Source: Gigantopelta aegis (taxonomy: Eukaryota). Taken from it: a stretch of 64,000 bases of DNA. Below are positions 28,548 to 41,300 of the stretch, one piece after another; positions within the stretch are counted from its first letter, which is position 1; the number at the start of each line of letters is the position of its first letter. The notes beneath the pieces were generated by a model. It was not told the origin of the DNA. It saw only the letters and a list, made by a program, of their open reading frames with translations, and did not search any database. The position numbers were made by a program, and so were the translations under genes. The stretch is taken from positions 3,754-67,753 of the forward strand of contig NW_024532772.1 in NCBI RefSeq assembly GCF_016097555.1, read 5' to 3'.

Positions 28548-30227
28548 ATTAATCCATTCAACACTGGGTTGATTCATATTTGTGTAGCATAGCGTACATG
28601 GATAGCTACTATATCCAGCTGATGATGTACTTCATTCCAATCTTCTAATGTTGTAGCATTAAGATACTATCTACTACTCCTGGAAAAGAAGCACCTTCAT
28701 ATAAATTGACTGAACTAGGACAAATATAAACATGTCTGTATGGAGAAGAAAGAGAGGAAAGAGATGTTGAGGTATAAATGAAATGGATGGATAGAGAAAA
28801 GAATGGGCAGATAGAATGATCAACATTGTTCTTAGTGAGTACATATATAGAGAGTATTAATTACTTACTTATAATATGGTCGTCCTGGTAATCTTCTGGT
28901 AAAATAAATGATCTCTCTATATTCATTAGTTTATTGTTTAAGTATTCTAACTATATTCTCACTACAATACAGATACAAAGATATAGTTTAATAACTACTG
29001 GAATTATACTAACTTGTCTGTGTCAGCATATTTTATGAGTGTAGTATGAAGATTGGTAGCAGCTGTTTGAAAAAAGTTAGTTAAACAAGAGGAAAGGAAC
29101 TCTATAGAACAAATGATATTATTAATACAATAATTTATATGGATCTCTTATTTCATTAACTAATGTACTATATAATATAGGTAACATGTAAGAGTTAATA
29201 TGACATATTATAATATATATGTATATATTAGGAGGACATCTTACCAGTTGATATATTATGATGTTGTAATTGACTACCATATGTTGTCTGTAACTCATTA
29301 TATAGTTTCCATTAATCTCTCTGTATAATCATTTGGATTGTAAGGAAGAATGGGTGTGGTTTGATAGTGCCATGGCAAACAGTTAACCACACCTTTCCTA
29401 ATGCTTTATGATGTGTGAAGTCAGGATCACCAAAATGACTCATCCAATAAAAATTATCATGAACAGAATGATAGACAAAATAATGGTAGTTATTCTAAAT
29501 GGTTTGATGAATACAATATGGTTACTAAGTTCAATTAAATTGACAAATACATTATTAGAATGGATGGACATGATACCTGGTAATCTATGTCACAGCTGGT
29601 CACTCCAAGACTCTGAATAAAGAAAGTAAAGTCACTCGCAGAGCTCAATTATTTATCCTATAAATAACAAATCACATGATAATCATGTGACAATTTATGT
29701 AGTATACCTTGGTTTTGAAGATTTTGGAGTGGTTCTTTCCACTGTTCATAGACTGTCTGGAAATCATTACAAGGGACAAGCTACTACTAGAGGACAAATG
29801 TCATCTAGATAAATACAGAAGATTGATAATATATTTCTGCAAACTAACTTGTTTTGTGGAATTGTAAATAGATTCATATAACAGTGGACTACTAGAAGCT
29901 GAAAAAGATTCCATTCCTAGATTGAAAAATAAAACTATATATCATTAAATTTCTTGAGTTGTGATATAATTATAACAATATATTATTATTATAAATGTAA
30001 TCAAAGTCTTTACCTTCTACAAGCTACATCTACATTAAGATAAGCCATAGCATTTACTCCTAATAACTTTTTTACATCCTATATATATAATAGAAATAAT
30101 ATATTATATAACTATTTGTAATATACCTCAACATACTCTGTAGAACCAATCAAACCATATTCCTCAGCATCCCAACTACATAATACTACTGTTCTACACC
30201 TGGTCTCCACCTTTAAAATATAGAATT

Positions 30228-30267
<40 letters not shown>

Positions 30268-30720
30268 CTTCCTCTCTCTCACCTCTCTCTCTCTCTCTCT
30301 CATTCTTACCTGTGTTCCTCAGAAAGTCACCTAAACACTCGAGCTATGTCCATTAATACAGCTGTACCACTATTAGGATCAACTGCTCCAAATGTCCATG
30401 CATCATGATGATTACCTAACATAACAAGATGATCTGAGAAGAGAGAGAGAGAGAGAGAGAGAAAGATAGTAAGTAGTACAACAGTCACTATTGATCAACC
30501 TGGTTCTACTTTTCCATATATAACAGCAATACATTACTAATAGTCTCTTCCCTCTAATATATTATTTACTTGAAGGAAAATTAAACTATTAATAAACAAA
30601 GATAAACACACATTAGATCAGACATACTTTGTGTTACTAGTAGATTGATAGATATAGTAAGTGGTAATTTTAGTTCTCCCTTTCCATGACAAATGGAACT
30701 TCATATGTATCTAATTGACT
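28548..30720 (-). pseudogene. GCPII/NAALADase-like copy A: 3' two-thirds only, with frameshifts
   Basis: Collinear with 48350-50400 (- strand) and 53200-55335 (+ strand). Contains the [20 protein letters not shown] exon at 30320-30420 and the [15 protein letters not shown] exon at 30600-30700. Homology ends abruptly near 30720. Confidence 0.7.
30235..30300. repeat. (TC)n microsatellite in a GCPII intron. A (GA)n run lies at 30440-30466 on the other side of the same exon
   Basis: Read directly. The same intronic positions carry GA/TC runs in copies B and C. Confidence 0.9.
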
Positions 30721-31095
30721 TGTCCATGTTTTGTCTTTCAATAATCTTAGATCCAACATATAATTACAATAATTTCACTTACATTCAATATGTGAAGATT
30801 TTGAGAGTACAGAGACACCAGTACTGGTGAAGATTATGGAATTACTTGTCCAGACTCTTGTCGCTCCTATGTTGTAATATACGTGTGAAGGATGTAAATG
30901 AAAAGAAATTTGAATGGGCCTGTAAATTATGCACACAATGTTTCTACAATAATGAATATGATACAATGTGATTTATCCAAAGGGTGGTATCACTGGGTAT
31001 ATTTATCAAGCCAAAGATGTATAATTAAACATGTTTTGTCTTTCGAATAATCTTTGATCCAACATATAATAATTTCACTTACATTCAATAGGACC
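30715..31095. repeat. Pair of ~75 bp direct repeats flanking ~230 bp, at the truncation point of GCPII copy A
   Basis: catgttttgtctttc(g)aataatctt(a/t)gatccaacatataat...aatttcacttacattcaata appears at 30715-30790 and 31020-31095. Confidence 0.75.
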
Positions 31096-31619
31096 TGTAA
31101 TAAACATCGAACATCCCCATATTACTGAATGATATTGTAATACATGCTTAACATCTAAGAAGACAAGACAAAACACATCATAAGTCTAACACAATCCATA
31201 CTCAATATAACATTAGCTTTATTATAGACTATCTTAATTATTATTTCATTACGACCATTATTATAATTAATAATTCCAAATGTTCACGTGGATCGACCAA
31301 ACTATCAATGAATTATATATATGTAAGTGTGATGACTTCACTACCCACCTCCTCTTCTGGTAAGTTCTCTCAAATCTCTCATATTTATTCATTTAAAGTT
31401 TTTAACAGATTTAAATTTGCAATCTAAGCTGCCGTCTCAAAATAAACAAGAGTTTAATGAAACTAATTAAGAGAGAGATCTGTTATCACACTCAGTGCTT
31501 TTTTCTATAATAGTCAAAAGTAACCAAGATATCTACTTCTTGGTTCTATATCTCTGTTAATTAAGTTATATGTAATACTAGGGCCCTATAGCCTTAGCAA
31601 AGACAGAAATTAAGTCTTT

Positions 31620-32165
31620 TTACCAGTCTACTCTTAATTAAATACTTTATATGTACTGTGACATTGCGATAGGTAGTGTTCTCAATACCAGTCCGCAGTT
31701 GTCAATATTTGCTGTGACATAGCGATAGGTAGCGTTCTCAATACCAGTCTCAGTTGTCAATATTTGCTGTGACATACGACTGTTAGTGTTTCTCAATACT
31801 AGTCACATTGCCTAATATCTGTTAGGAACATAGTGACTTTTAGTGCTCCCAATACCAGTGTCGATCACCCTCAACATCTACTGTGACATAACAACTATTA
31901 CTTTTCTAATACGAGTTGCAATTGCCTTAATATCTACCGTACACGTGACATAGCGACTGTTAGCATTCGCAATAACCGGTCTCTATTGCCTCATATTTGT
32001 TTGGGAACATAGTTGCTTGTAGTGCACACAGTACCAGTCTCAATTCCATTGATATCTTCTGTACCATAGCAACTGTTAGTTTTCTTAAAATGAGTTTACA
32101 ATTGCTTACATCTGCTGTGACATAGCAACTGTTACTGTTCTTATTACCACTGTCATTCTTGACTT
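31620..32165. repeat. Minisatellite: ~57 bp unit x ~9 (taccagtctcagttgtcaatatttgctgtgacatagcgataggtagcgttctcaa)
   Basis: Read directly. Lies upstream of the unit 6 DD exon. Confidence 0.85.
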
Positions 32166-32214
32166 GTTTACCTAGCTTATGATTGTTAGTATTTGTTACA
32201 GTTCATGATTCACA

Positions 32215-35200
32215 ATGTCTGATAATATCAGTCCATCTACTGTTAATCTTTTATGTCATGAACTGGAAGAAATATATGATGGGAAAAACTAGCAGTATAT
32301 CTCAATTTACCTAATCCTGTTATTCAGGATGCTAAAGTTCGTTATCCACATGGAGGCATTTGGGAGTTCAAAATGCATTGTCTACAAAAATGGCTAAAGC
32401 AAACCAACACTGTACATTCATGGAGTACTATAGTTAGTGCAGTAGAAAAGTGGATAGTAGTGTTGCTGAGCATATCAAAACAAAGTATGCTACTATTCTA
32501 GATCAAGTGCTAACTACTTCACAAAAAGAAGAACAATTAATTGTAACTGAAGGTCCAACTAGCACACATGATCCCATGATTAACAACCTAGAACAAATAC
32601 CATCAACTTCATCAAATATGACCAACATTCAACTAGTAACTCTAGAATTGAAGAAGAAAACACCATTAAAAGAGGTAGTTGAAAAAGAGGTAGTTGAACA
32701 GATTCTTAATTTAGAAGACAAATTTGCTATGTTAGTTTCAAAAACGCAGACATCTTTTGAGCAAAACCAGAAATTCTTTTACCATTACTTCGGTACTTGA
32801 AAGAACGTGAAATAGATGTCAAAACTTCACCAGATGAAGCCCAATGTATTACATATAGCAGAGTATTTGATATACTACACACACATTGGAATTATCTCAA
32901 ATGCCGACTTCTAGAAAGAATAATTCATAACTTTCTTTATGACACTGAATTACCACTTGAAGTACAGAAATATCAGATGAAATAGAAGTTTTTTAAAAAG
33001 TTAACGAAAATGAAAGATCTTATCAACAATATAAAACCATTATACCAAGTAAAGTGAAGGTTGTATTGAAAGTAAATGAAATGTGGCTAGATGTCACATT
33101 AGAGCATTTTGAGTCTCTTGTAAAGCTCCTTTTTGAAGAATATGCAGATTCTCTTTATGTCACTTCTGTCAAAAAAGGTTGTAGTGTGTTTGTGTGGAGT
33201 GTTCCTGAAGTCATAGCTTTCTTCATGCTGACAGTGAGATTGTCCAGACTTGAAAATGAAATGTTAAAAGCAATTGGAGTCATCTCACTAACATAGGTAC
33301 TATTGTAGCCCTTTAACAATGAAGACTCGCAGATGATATGACATTTGACTCAGGTCTTGTTGAGGAGCTGTTCAATCTGATGGTCCTCTTTCTGCTATAT
33401 CTCTTACTTCTTGAAGTAGATGGTAATCCTAACCTACTAACACAGTCAGGAGAAACAATAATATCTACTGTATCTAAAATGAAAAGTATTGATGGTACTA
33501 CAGCATTGTACATAGCTATTGATATGGTTACTCTTTTGTTGTCTCCTCATTACTTAGTAATAGAGCAAATCCTAACCTTATAGTTCAGAAAGATGGTGCA
33601 ACACCTTTATGGCAGCCAGTCAAAATGGTCATGCAGATATTGTTGAACTATTATTAGAGAAGGATTTTCCAATAAATACCCAAGACAGAATGGAGTAACA
33701 GCTATTTGTTTGGCTAGTCAGAATGGTCACACTTCTGTCGTTTCTATTTACTTCGCAATGGAGCAATATCCTAACTTAACTAGTAATTGAAGGTGCAACA
33801 CACTCTTATGGTAGCCAGTGGAAATTGGTCATGGTGAGTATCGTTGAATTATTGCTAGAGAGAATGTTCCAATAAATACTCGAGCCAAAATGGAGTAACA
33901 CAGCCATTTATATGGCTAGCCATTGTGGCCACTCTTCTGTTGTTTCTATCTTACTAAGAATGGAGCAGACCTAATGTAGCTAGAAATGACGGGTTTGACA
34001 CCTCTTATGTAGCCCAGTTTTTCCTGGTAGTGGTGATGTTGTTGAATTATTGCTAGAGAAGAATGTTCCAATAAATACCAAGAGCCCAAAATGGAGCAAC
34101 AGCCATTTATGTTGGAGCCAAATGGTCCCCCATTCCTTCTGTTGTTTCTATCTTACTTTAACATGGAGCAGACCCTAAACTAGCTGCTAAAAATGGTGCA
34201 ACACCTCTGATGGTAACCAGTGAAAATGGTCATGATGATATTGTTAAATTATTACTAGAGAAGAATGTTCAATAATACTCGAGCCCAAAATGGAGTAACA
34301 GCCATTTATATGGCTAGCCATGTGGCCACTCCTTCTGTTGTTTCTATCTTACTTAAGAATGGAGCAGACCCCTAATGTAGCGAAAATGACGGTTTGACAC
34401 CTCTTATGGTAGCCATTTCACGGTAGTGGTGATGTTGTTGAATTATTGCTATAGAGAAGAATGTTCCAATAAATCCCAAGATAAATATGGAAGAAACAGC
34501 CACTCTCTGCAAGTCAGAATGGTCATTCTTCTATCATTTCTATTTTACTTGCCAATAGTGCAGACCCTAACCTAGCTGATAATGATGGGTTGTACACCTT
34601 TCTTATGATAGCCCGTGATAATGGTCATGGGTGATATCGTTGAATTATTATTAGAGAAGAGTGTTCCATGTCAATACTCAAATCAAAAAGGAAAATACAG
34701 CCATTTATTTTGCTAGCCAGAATGGTCATTTTCTTCATTTCTATTTTTACTTAGCCATGGTGGCAGGACTCCTAACCTAGCTGATAACAATGGTGCAACA
34801 CCTCTTATGGTTGGCAAGTTATAATGGTATGGTGATATCGTTGAATTATTATTAGATAAAGAATGTTTTAATAAATCCCCAAGCCAAAAAATGGAGCAAC
34901 AGCAATTTACTTTTGCTAGCCAGAAAGGTCATTCTTCTGTAGTTTCTATCTTACTTACCAATGGTGCAGACCCTAACCTAGCTGATAATGATGTTGCAAC
35001 ACCGCTTATGATAGCCCCATTTGAATAATGGTCATGGTGATATCATTGAATTATTATTAGAAAGGATGTTCCAATAAATACCCAAGCCAAAAATGGAGCA
35101 ACAGCAATTTACTTTGCTAGCCAGAAAGGTCATTCTTCTGTAGTTTCTATCTTACTTACCATGGTGCAGACCCTAACCTAGCTGATAATGATGGTGCAAC

Positions 35201-36010
35201 ACCTCTTATGATAGCCAGTCAAAATGGTCATGGTGATATCATTGAATTATTATTAGAAAAGGATGTCCCAATAAATACCCAAGACAAAAAAAAAACAAAA
35301 TGGAGTAACCGCTATTTATGTGGCTAGCCAAATGGTCATTCTTCTGTAGTTCTATTTTACTTACAATGGTGCAGATCTTAACGTAGCTGATAACATTGGT
35401 GAAACCCGCTTATAATAGCCCGTCAAAATGGTTTTATGGTGACATCATTGAATTATTATTACTAGAAAAGAATGTTCCCATAAATACCCAAATGAAAATG
35501 GAATATCAGCCATTTATATTGCTAGCCAGAATGGCCATTCTTCTGTTTGTTACTACTTAATTACTATGGGGCAGACCCTAACCTAGCCAGGACCAATGGT
35601 TGGACACCTCTTATAATAGCTTCTGCTAGTGGATATGATGATTGTGAGAGAGTTTATTGGAAGCTCAAGTTGATATTAATTATCAAACTCCTACTGGGCA
35701 CTACAGCATTACATTTTTGTAGTTATTATGGATATAAAAATATAGTTATACAGTTATTGGAACATGGTGCTAATCCACTTATACGAAGACAATTCAGTTT
35801 TGACACCACGAGATATAGCTTATCAACAAGTCGTCATGACATTGTATGCACTACTTCTTCAAAAAGCTGAAGCTGTTTCCATGACGATGATCAAGTGTCA
35901 TTGGCTGATGATCATTCTTACACAAGTTGTGGACTATCAACTGACTACTCATCATTGCAGAACATGATGATATGTGCACGATGTCAGATCTAGAGGATGA
36001 TGATAAGGTA
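32215..36010 (+). pseudogene. Unit 6: DD-like exon (type B, frameshifted), linker, middle region, ~23 ANK repeats, C-terminal region ending in a GT donor
   Basis: MSDNISPSTVNLLCHELEEI at 32215. ORFs at 32450 and 32797 (SPDEAQCITYSRVFDILHTHWNYLKCRLLERIIHNFL). ORF at 33054 (MWLDVTLEHFESLVKLLFEEY). ANK relics at 33400-35600. ORF 35547 (TGTTALHFCSYYGYKNIVIQLLEHGANPLIRR). ...DLEDDDK|gtaaat at 36010. Confidence 0.65.
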
Positions 36011-36829
36011 AATTTAACAAACTAATAAGGAATACTAATCCTAATAATAAATAGAACACTATTAATTACCTATAAATTAGACATGAATTAGTGTTGCCCT
36101 TTATAAAACATTCAACTAAACAATATGATGAAAAGTCATATATATATAAGTTACTATGTTGTTAACTAATAATTTTTATAATGTTTAATGCATGTTTTCC
36201 TTTTATAATCACAAGTCACCAGATAGGAGATACAAACTTAACATTAATTATTTATGTTCGTTTATACATATTTGTAATTAAATAATTACTGATATAGTAT
36301 GGAGTGTTATATTTTTTATTATATGATAACATATTCTAACTCTAATATTTGAGACCATTACATCACTTATCATACAAGTCAGTTATATCCAGTAGGGCAT
36401 TTCCCTCTACTATAACTGACTAATAATAAAGTGATTAAAGAAATGTTTTATGAATAATGAGAATACTGTATGCCACAAGAACTGCTGGAAAACAAAAATT
36501 GTAATATTTAGTAAAATAACAAGAAAATATTCAAAATAATGTCAAAAAGTTATCAAAAATCAAAATACCAAACTGTTATTCTGTTACTAAATCTTTTTTA
36601 TGTAATATTGTTATAATAAGTTTCATTCAGAAACTTCAAAGTCACAATAGTTCACACAAAATGAAAACAATACTGGTCACTGGTTGATCATAATTTATGT
36701 AGTATAGCCATACATGGATAGCCAGCAGAATGATCACAGTGATGTTGATGAGTAAATTAGAAAGTTTTGATAAAAGCAATGTTGTTATAAATTGTAGCAA
36801 TACTTTTTTTTTTTTGCTTCTTTCTGCAG

Positions 36830-36898
36830 GACAATTATCAAGAGTCATTAGCAGGTCCTGTTGATTCAGGTTATGTAACTGGTAGATTAATCAACTAA
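36830..36898 (+). pseudogene. Terminal coding exon DNYQESLAGPVDSGYVTGRLIN* after acceptor ..tttctgcag
   Basis: Polypyrimidine tract plus AG acceptor. Homologous to the contiguous tail of unit 4 (20890-20990). The block 36830-38320 is a duplicate of 20900-22390. Confidence 0.5.
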
Positions 36899-37249
36899 CT
36901 GCTCATTGTCAGTAGCCTCTGAGTCATTGCAAGTTGATATAAGGGAACCGAGAAACATTTCCATCTCTACCCATCATTGAATGACACAAATAGATATTCT
37001 TAATTTTTGCATACCTATGAATTTTTTAATTTTACCTTTTAAATATTTGCATTGTTGCTATGCTCTTGACATGTTGATGATTTTAATAATAATTATATAT
37101 TTATTGTTAGTAATATGAACACTAATAGTTAGTTTGGTACAATACTTTCTCTACTTACAAAGCAATGACACTGATTTTTCTGGCAAAATACCTGCTTCAT
37201 TACTGATGAAAGCAGATCATTATATATAATATAATACATCAATACATTA

Positions 37250-37330
37250 ATACAGTTTGTACCACTATTAGGATCAACTGCTCCAATGTCCCATAGCATC
37301 ATGATGAATACCTAATATAAACTAGTTTGA
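37250..37330 (-). pseudogene. Isolated relic of the GCPII zinc-ligand exon
   Basis: Matches 21330-21440 and 50070-50110. Confidence 0.5.
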
Positions 37331-37859
37331 TTTTATCTAGCAGTCTAGTCTACTAGGGGATAATATTTATAAGTATGTGGTATGAATAATATGTTATAGA
37401 CACCCAAAACACACCTTTTAAGTGCAACCACTGATTCTAGCCTCACATTAGAGTGACCCAATTGAGTAGGCGTTAGGAATGTCTGTGATGTGGTTTCTTG
37501 AAACTATGTCCAATGTGGGTGGTGTATATCGTCAAGAAATGTAATAAGTCCCCACCTCCTATTTTTGTGCAAAGCGGTCTGTTATTACGGTAAGCTCTTT
37601 AACATTTCTCATATTTACTTATTTTTAACCTTAAAACGATTTGAACTAGGAAGCAAAAGTTACTGTCTTAAGATAGTAGGACTGTTGTTGTAAAGGTCTG
37701 TTCTTCTCTATTCTCTTCGAGCGCTCTCTTCTCTGCCACTGTGCATGTTGCACTATAAGGCAAACTAAGCTTATTAGTAATTGAGAAATATGCTTGCTAC
37801 TTCTGTCAATACTAATACTAGTTGTTTCATAATATTATCAATACTTAGAGGTATGTTTA

Positions 37860-38050
37860 GTGACTTTTAGCGATTCTTATTACCATCTACTCTTGACTCA
37901 ATTATCTCAATATCTATTGTGATATAGTGACTGTTAGAGTTCTTGTTTCAGTTCACCCTTAAGTCAATTACCAATCTGCTCTTATCTCATATATCTATCG
38001 TGTGGTGACACAGTGACTGTAGTATTCTTACTACCATTCACTCACTTCAG
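37860..38050. repeat. Minisatellite-like array related to 21910-22120
   Basis: Motif ctcaatatctattgtgatatagtgactgttagagttctt. Confidence 0.7.
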
Positions 38051-38316
38051 TATTTACTAACTGTTAATGTAATATGATATAACTGTTTCAATATTATAGC
38101 TACTACTAACTTACTGTCTATTCATTAATGACACTGAGAAAGATTCATCATTCATTTTATTGATCAGTAAGTGGATTATCATTAACATCACTATTAGAAT
38201 ATTAGTAATTTGCATTTAATGATTTAGTGATTTTAACTACTACTATAATAACTGATAAAATAGTTTCCTGAGTATAGTTTATATTATTGTTTTGTATTTC
38301 ATTTACAGTTCATACA

Positions 38317-41300
38317 ATGTCTGATAATCTCCGTCCACCTACTCTTGATCTACTGTGTGATGAGCTAAGGCAAGTAGTTGAATGGGATCAAGTAGCTGTA
38401 AGTCTCAAAGTATCTTATGTGGATATAAAAGTATTGAGACACAATATTCTGAATAGCCACAGCGCAAAATGCATTCTTTACAAAAATGGCTAGATCAAAC
38501 CAACACTGTACATTCATGGCATACTATAGCTGATGCAGTAGAAAAAGCAAAAATCCTGCAGTTGCTGAGAACATTAGAACAAAGTATGCTACTATTATAG
38601 ATCTAGTACCATCCACCTCACAACATGAAAAATCTAGCGATGTAAAAAATGAGCATAATCCAACTAGTTACTTTATGAATAAAGAGCAACAAGGTATTAC
38701 ACTAAATCAAAGCCACAGTGTAAGAATGTAGCGTAAATGATGACCAACATCAAGTTATTATTGAAGAGCAGCAAATCATTCAGTATCTTCAAATTCACAG
38801 CATGAAGAATCTAGTGATACGCTCAATGACAATTATACAACCAGTACTAGTGATATCATTGAACAGCAACAATTAATGGAGAGTGGAGTAAAGCTTGAAA
38901 GAAATATAGTGCAAGAAATCATTGACTTTCTTGAGAGATTTGCAGCATTAGTTTCAGAAACTCAAGCATTTTTTAGAAGAAAAAACCAAAAATTCTTTTA
39001 CCTTTTTATCGATACTTAAAGATTCTAATAGGTGAAGCATTACCAGATGAATCTGGCATCACATATGACAAACTATTTAATATGCTAGATAACCATTGGC
39101 ATTATCTCAAATATCAACTTCTTCAAAGAATAATTAAACGATTTCTTCCGACACTGAATTGCCTTATGAAGTACAAAAATATCAAGATGATATAGTAGCA
39201 TTTAAAAAGTCAACGAAAATGAGAGATCTTGTAGATAATGTGAGATCAAAAAAGAGCATATCAGGTAATGTACAAGTAGCATTGACAGTGGAGGAAGTAT
39301 GGCTAGAGGTCACATTAGAGCATTTTGAGTTTCTAGTAAAACTACTTTTTCAAGAATATGATAAGTCACTTCAAATTGTAGTTGTTCAAGGAGGTAGCTT
39401 GTATATTGCTTGGAGTCTTTCCAAAGCTTTCCTTCTTACAAAATCCAAATTTGACTACAAAGTGCTAAGGGCAATTGGAGTCATCTCACTAATAGTAGGT
39501 ACTATTGTAGTCTTTAACAATGAAGACTCACAAGATGATATGACTATTGACTCAGTCTGTTGGGAGCTATTCAATCTGGTGGTCCTCTTTCTGCTATATC
39601 TCTACTTCTTGAAGTAGGTGGTAATCCTACCTACTAACACAGTCAGGAGAAACAGTGATATCTACTTTATCTAAAATAAAAAATGATAATGGTACCACTG
39701 TGTTACATGTTGCTAGTAAATATGGTCACTCTTCAGTTGTTTCTACCTTACTTAGCAATGGGATAGATCCAAACGTAGTTATGAATAATGGTTGTACGCC
39801 TCTTATGCTAGCTAGTCAGGATGGCCATGATGATGTCATTCAACTGTTACTGAAGTCAAACGTAGCAATAAATACCCAAGGCAAAAATGGAATAACAGCA
39901 AATTATATTGCAAGTCAGAATGGTCACTTTTCTGTTGTTTCTACCTTGCTTAGCAAAGGGGCAGATCCCAACTTAGTTAACAATGATGGCTGGACACCTC
40001 TTATGGCAGCTAGTAAAAATGGTCATAATGATGTCATTGAGATACTACTTTAAAAAAAGGGTATTATGACAAATACCCAAAACAAATATGGAAGAACAGC
40101 CATTTATATCGCTACCCAGAGAGGTCACTCTTCTGTTGTCACTCTCTTACTTAACAATGGGGCAGATCCCAACATAGTGACAATGAAGGCTGGACACCTC
40201 TTATGGTAGCCAGTTTAAATGGTCAACTGATGTCTTTGAGATACTACTAGAGAAAAATATTCCAGTAAATACCCAAAACAATAAGGGAATAACAGCCATT
40301 TGTATCGCTAGTCACCATGGTCACTCTTCAGTTGTTTCTACCTTACTTAACAATGGGGCAGATCCTAATGTAGCTACAAATGATGGTTGGACACCTCTTA
40401 TGACAGCCAGTATAAATGGTCATATGATGTCATTGAGATACTACTAATAATAATGTTTAGTAAATACCCAAAACAATTATGGAAGAACAGCCATTTTATT
40501 GCTAGCCAGAGTGGTCACTCTTCTGTTGTCGCTTTCTTACTCAACAATGGGGCAGACCCTAATTTACCTGATAATGAAGGTTGGGCACCTCTTACGATAG
40601 CCAGTCAAAATGGACATGGTGATGTAATTGAGATATTACTAAGGAAGAATGTTCCAGTAACACCCAAACAAAAAGGGAATAACAGCTATTTGTATGCTAG
40701 CCACCATGGTCACTCTTCTGTTGTCTCTATGTTACTTAGCAATGGGGCAGATGCCAACCTAGCTATGACCAATGGATGGACACCTCTTATGGCAGCCAGT
40801 CAAAATGGTCATGCTGATGTTGTTGAGATACTACTTAACAAGAATGCTCTAGTCAACACCCAAAACAATTATGGAAAAACAGCCATTTATATTGCTAGCC
40901 AGAATGGTCACTCTTCTGTTATTACACCTTACTTAGAAATGGAGCAGACCTTAATTTACCTGGCAATGATGGCTGTACACCTCTTATGGTAGCCAGTCAA
41001 AGTGGTCATGCTGATGTCATTGAATACTACTGGAGAAAAATGTTTCATTAAATACCCAAACAAAGAAGGAGCAACGGCTATTTGTATGGCTAGCTACCAT
41101 GGTCACCTTCCTGTTGTCGCTATGTTAATTAGCAATGGAGCAGATGCCAAAATAGCCGATAATGATGGCTGGACACCTCTTCTGGTAGCTAGTCTAAATG
41201 GTCATGATGATGTCATTAAGATACTACTAGAAAATAATGTTCTAGTAAATACCCAAAACGAAAAAAGGATAACTGCTATTTATATTGCTAGTCAGAGTGG

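Noticed and set aside
29408-29620. 70-aa + strand ORF
   Set aside because: It is the antisense strand of a GCPII-like exon of copy A. The coding sense is on the - strand.
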